This document shows positions 52,858-55,000 of a DNA stretch of 55,000 nt, piece by piece (the stretch's first letter is position 1; the number at the start of each line of letters is the position of its first letter). This stretch comes from Candidatus Bathyarchaeota archaeon (GTDB taxonomy: Archaea; Thermoproteota; Bathyarchaeia; Bathyarchaeales; Bathyarchaeaceae). The notes beneath the pieces are model-generated. The model had not been told where the DNA came from and made no database searches. It saw nothing but the letters and a program-made list of their open reading frames with translations. The stretch spans positions 1 to 55,000 of the forward strand of contig CAVOMX010000008.1 in assembly GCA_963697165.1 (NCBI GenBank), read 5' to 3'. The position numbers and the translations under genes were made by a program.

Positions 52858-54289
52858 ACGCCTCCAAATCCAATTTTTTCATTTCAATCGTAGCATACAC
52901 ACTAAGAGCAACAGCCCACCAAACATCGTCATGCGTCCCATGAGGATGACTAAAACTAATGGCACCATCCCTGCGCAACTCAAACCGTTCAACATTCATT
53001 TCGCTGCAGATATCCCCACGATACGGCTTCTCCCACGTCAAAAACGGATAAAAGAACCGTTGAGTCATCATCCGCTCCTTCAGCAAGCTAGCCATCTCAC
53101 TCTTTCGGGAAGTACTGAAGATAACTCCCTCAACGTTGCTGATCCCAGCCTCCTCCATATCACTGAAATAATGGATGGACCTTCCCTCGTGTTGTCAACC
53201 CTGACCTTCTGGAAGCCCTCCCACCTGTCCTGCAGCGCCTTCAGATACCCAATCACAGTCGCATACTTTGTGGGCTGATGAAAGATCTTCAAATGCCGAA
53301 GCACTAAGCCGATCATTCACGCGCTCCGACACAGCCAAAGACACAGTAGTCTCGAGTCTGAGCAAGATCGAACCCAGCAAACAGATTCCCCACTATAACC
53401 CTTGCGTTGTATCCCACGGCTGCAGATCCTCACCACAGTTCTTCTCGGTTCCAATACAATGCAGCAATCAAGACATAGGCAGCCAAGTGTCCTCGTCCTC
53501 AGCCCACTCAGCCTCCATCTCGCGGCGCCATCGCATAGGATCCTCGCCAAACTGCCGCCTGAATCTTCTCAAGAACGAGGGCTCCAATGGACCATTAGGC
53601 GCCATAACCTGCTCCCACGAAACATGATGCCTAGCAAAATCAGTATAGTCCTTATGGTTGCACATCTTCCAGAACAGGCTATCAGTATTGAAGGGCGTAC
53701 TACGTGCCAGCAGCTTACCGTTAGTGGTTCCCAAAGCAAACAGAATCGCATCCATCAGGTCCACATCGTTTGCAGTAAAATTGACTTCATCCCACCAGAC
53801 CCGATGCAAAGTGTGGCCCCGGATCGTATCAGCATTATTTGGGAAAGCCTCAATCACGCTGCCGTTTGGAAACTCGAGTTTTGTTTTCTGAGGCTTCAGA
53901 TACAGATTCCTCGGGTAGCCTCTTCTGAAACATGCTGATCCTTCGAATATTCAGTTTAGTTTGCCGCCAGCTTGGACCCACAACAGCAATGTACCAATCA
54001 TCATTATTCACTGCATCATCTAGAAGTAGCCCAGACGCAATCCAGCTTTTCCCGATTGTCGACACCATCGAGCAGCAACAAACTGATTATGCTTGTAGAG
54101 TTCAATTAGCTCTTTCTGGTAACTGAAAGGCTCAAACCGTAGCTGCTGCCGACAAAACTCAACATAATTCTCAGCCAGCAACTCAGTATGTTGTTTCTCG
54201 AGCAGCTGTTCTCCCTGGAACTGCTCAGCAAAAACAGCTCTACTTTCATGTGCTTTTGAGCCGATCCAAGTTCTTGCGCTCTTCGTCAC
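52844..54289 (-). CDS. terL: Terminase large subunit; multiply frameshifted
   Basis: YQ..., RQSGKS Walker A, VVGPSWRQ, IRG...WWDE, STP, DLAQTRD, VD.TREG, HDDVWWAVAL. Confidence 0.85.
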
Positions 54290-54684
54290 GTTTCTTCATC
54301 CACTCAATAGCATAGTCAACTTTCTGCTCAATCTCACGATAGCCCACATACTCGGCATAAAGCGCCTTGTATTTGTCCACACCAGCAATAAGACGCCCAA
54401 GCCGCATAACATCAACTTTGTCAAGATCGTCCTCCTGCAAGCTTCTTGATCACACCAGCCAAAACCCGAAGCTGCATTTCAATACTTGGAAGATCGTCAG
54501 GAACTGGAAGATCAAAAGTAGTAGTTGTACCACCATTTTTTTTCACTGGCACAACAACAACTTTTAGCCCAAGCCGCTGCATCTTTACCTTCACGGCTTC
54601 TCTTGATTTTTTGAGCTGAGTTGCTATGACCTTCAAACTGCTGCCTGCATTAACAAGATCCTTCAGCTGCTTCTCCTCTCTCAC
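54246..54684 (-). CDS. HTH-containing protein upstream of terL (terminase small subunit candidate); frameshifted
   Basis: EEKQLKDL...SLKVIATQLKKSREAVKVKMQRLGL followed by a helical region; position next to terL. Confidence 0.5.
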
Positions 54685-54701
54685 TAGTCCATCGCTTTCC
54701 T

Positions 54702-54998
54702 TTAGGCATGGCTTCCAATCAACACCCCGCTAATGGTCCCAACCAAACCTGTGATTGTGCTGAAAATCTCGCCACTCCAAGACCCCAAAACAACAAGATG
54801 AGCAACCTCGAGCCCAGAAAGAAAAGCAGTCATGCCAATCGCAAATTTGACTCCCAAAACCAGCCTCTCATTAGGTTCATCAACAATTACTCGCCCACGT
54901 TGAATCCGCTTACGCGCCAAAGCTCGTTTAATCCAGTCGCTCATGAGTGCTTGCCCTCCTCTGAAAAGTTCGCTGATGCTTGAAGGCTCGATGTCCAC
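54702..54998 (-). CDS. Small two-TM membrane protein
   Basis: Basic N-terminus and two hydrophobic helices; start probably MSDWIKR. Confidence 0.55.
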   Translation of the reverse strand: MDIEPSSISELFRGGQALMSDWIKRALARKRIQRGRVIVDEPNERLVLGVKFAIGMTAFLSGLEVAHLVVLGSWSGEIFSTITGLVGTISGVLIGSHA

Positions 54999-55000
54999 CA

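Larger units (their letters stand above)
37806..55000. mobile_element. Provirus-like integrated element (integrase to terminase); right end outside the window
   Basis: att-like site, tyrosine integrase, small regulatory ORFs, cargo array, ABC-GNAT, terminase large subunit. Confidence 0.65.

Noticed and set aside
1..55000. Many frameshifts in core genes (aroB', asd, lysC, fae-hps, moaC, terL) suggesting programmed frameshifting or mass pseudogenisation
   Set aside because: They hit essential and accessory genes alike, often at short homopolymers, and the flanking protein sequence is intact; long-read indel error is the simpler explanation.

Overview
Archaeal chromosomal window. The gene set (RadA, Cdc6/Orc1, rps17e, TFS, Fae-Hps, aroA'/aroB', many IPEF-anchored surface proteins) is most consistent with Bathyarchaeia; this is inference, no search was run. 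Many core genes are split by small indels, which most likely reflects long-read assembly error. 1-30.5 kb is mostly housekeeping: a lysC-asd-aroA'-aroB' operon, glyA, an HTH-fused fae-hps, radical SAM, tatD, cdc6, moaC/moaB and radA. 30.66-37.65 kb is a decayed element with an SSV1-type split integrase inserted in an intron-containing tRNA-Gly(TCC). From 37.8 kb to the window end is a second integrase- and terminase-bearing element carrying an array of PEF-anchored surface proteins and an ABC-ATPase/GNAT gene. The most striking unannotated signals are: (1) a 23-aa leader ORF rich in Trp/Phe/Tyr and Thr/Met, followed by a hairpin, in front of the aspartate-semialdehyde/aromatic biosynthesis operon, suggesting attenuation-like control in an archaeon; (2) a TATA-preceded ~175-nt rod-shaped RNA; (3) a GTCAAG-N4-CTTGAC palindrome in 7 copies linked to membrane-anchored HTH regulators and mosaic surface-protein genes; (4) a ferredoxin with an in-frame TGA exactly at a cluster Cys.
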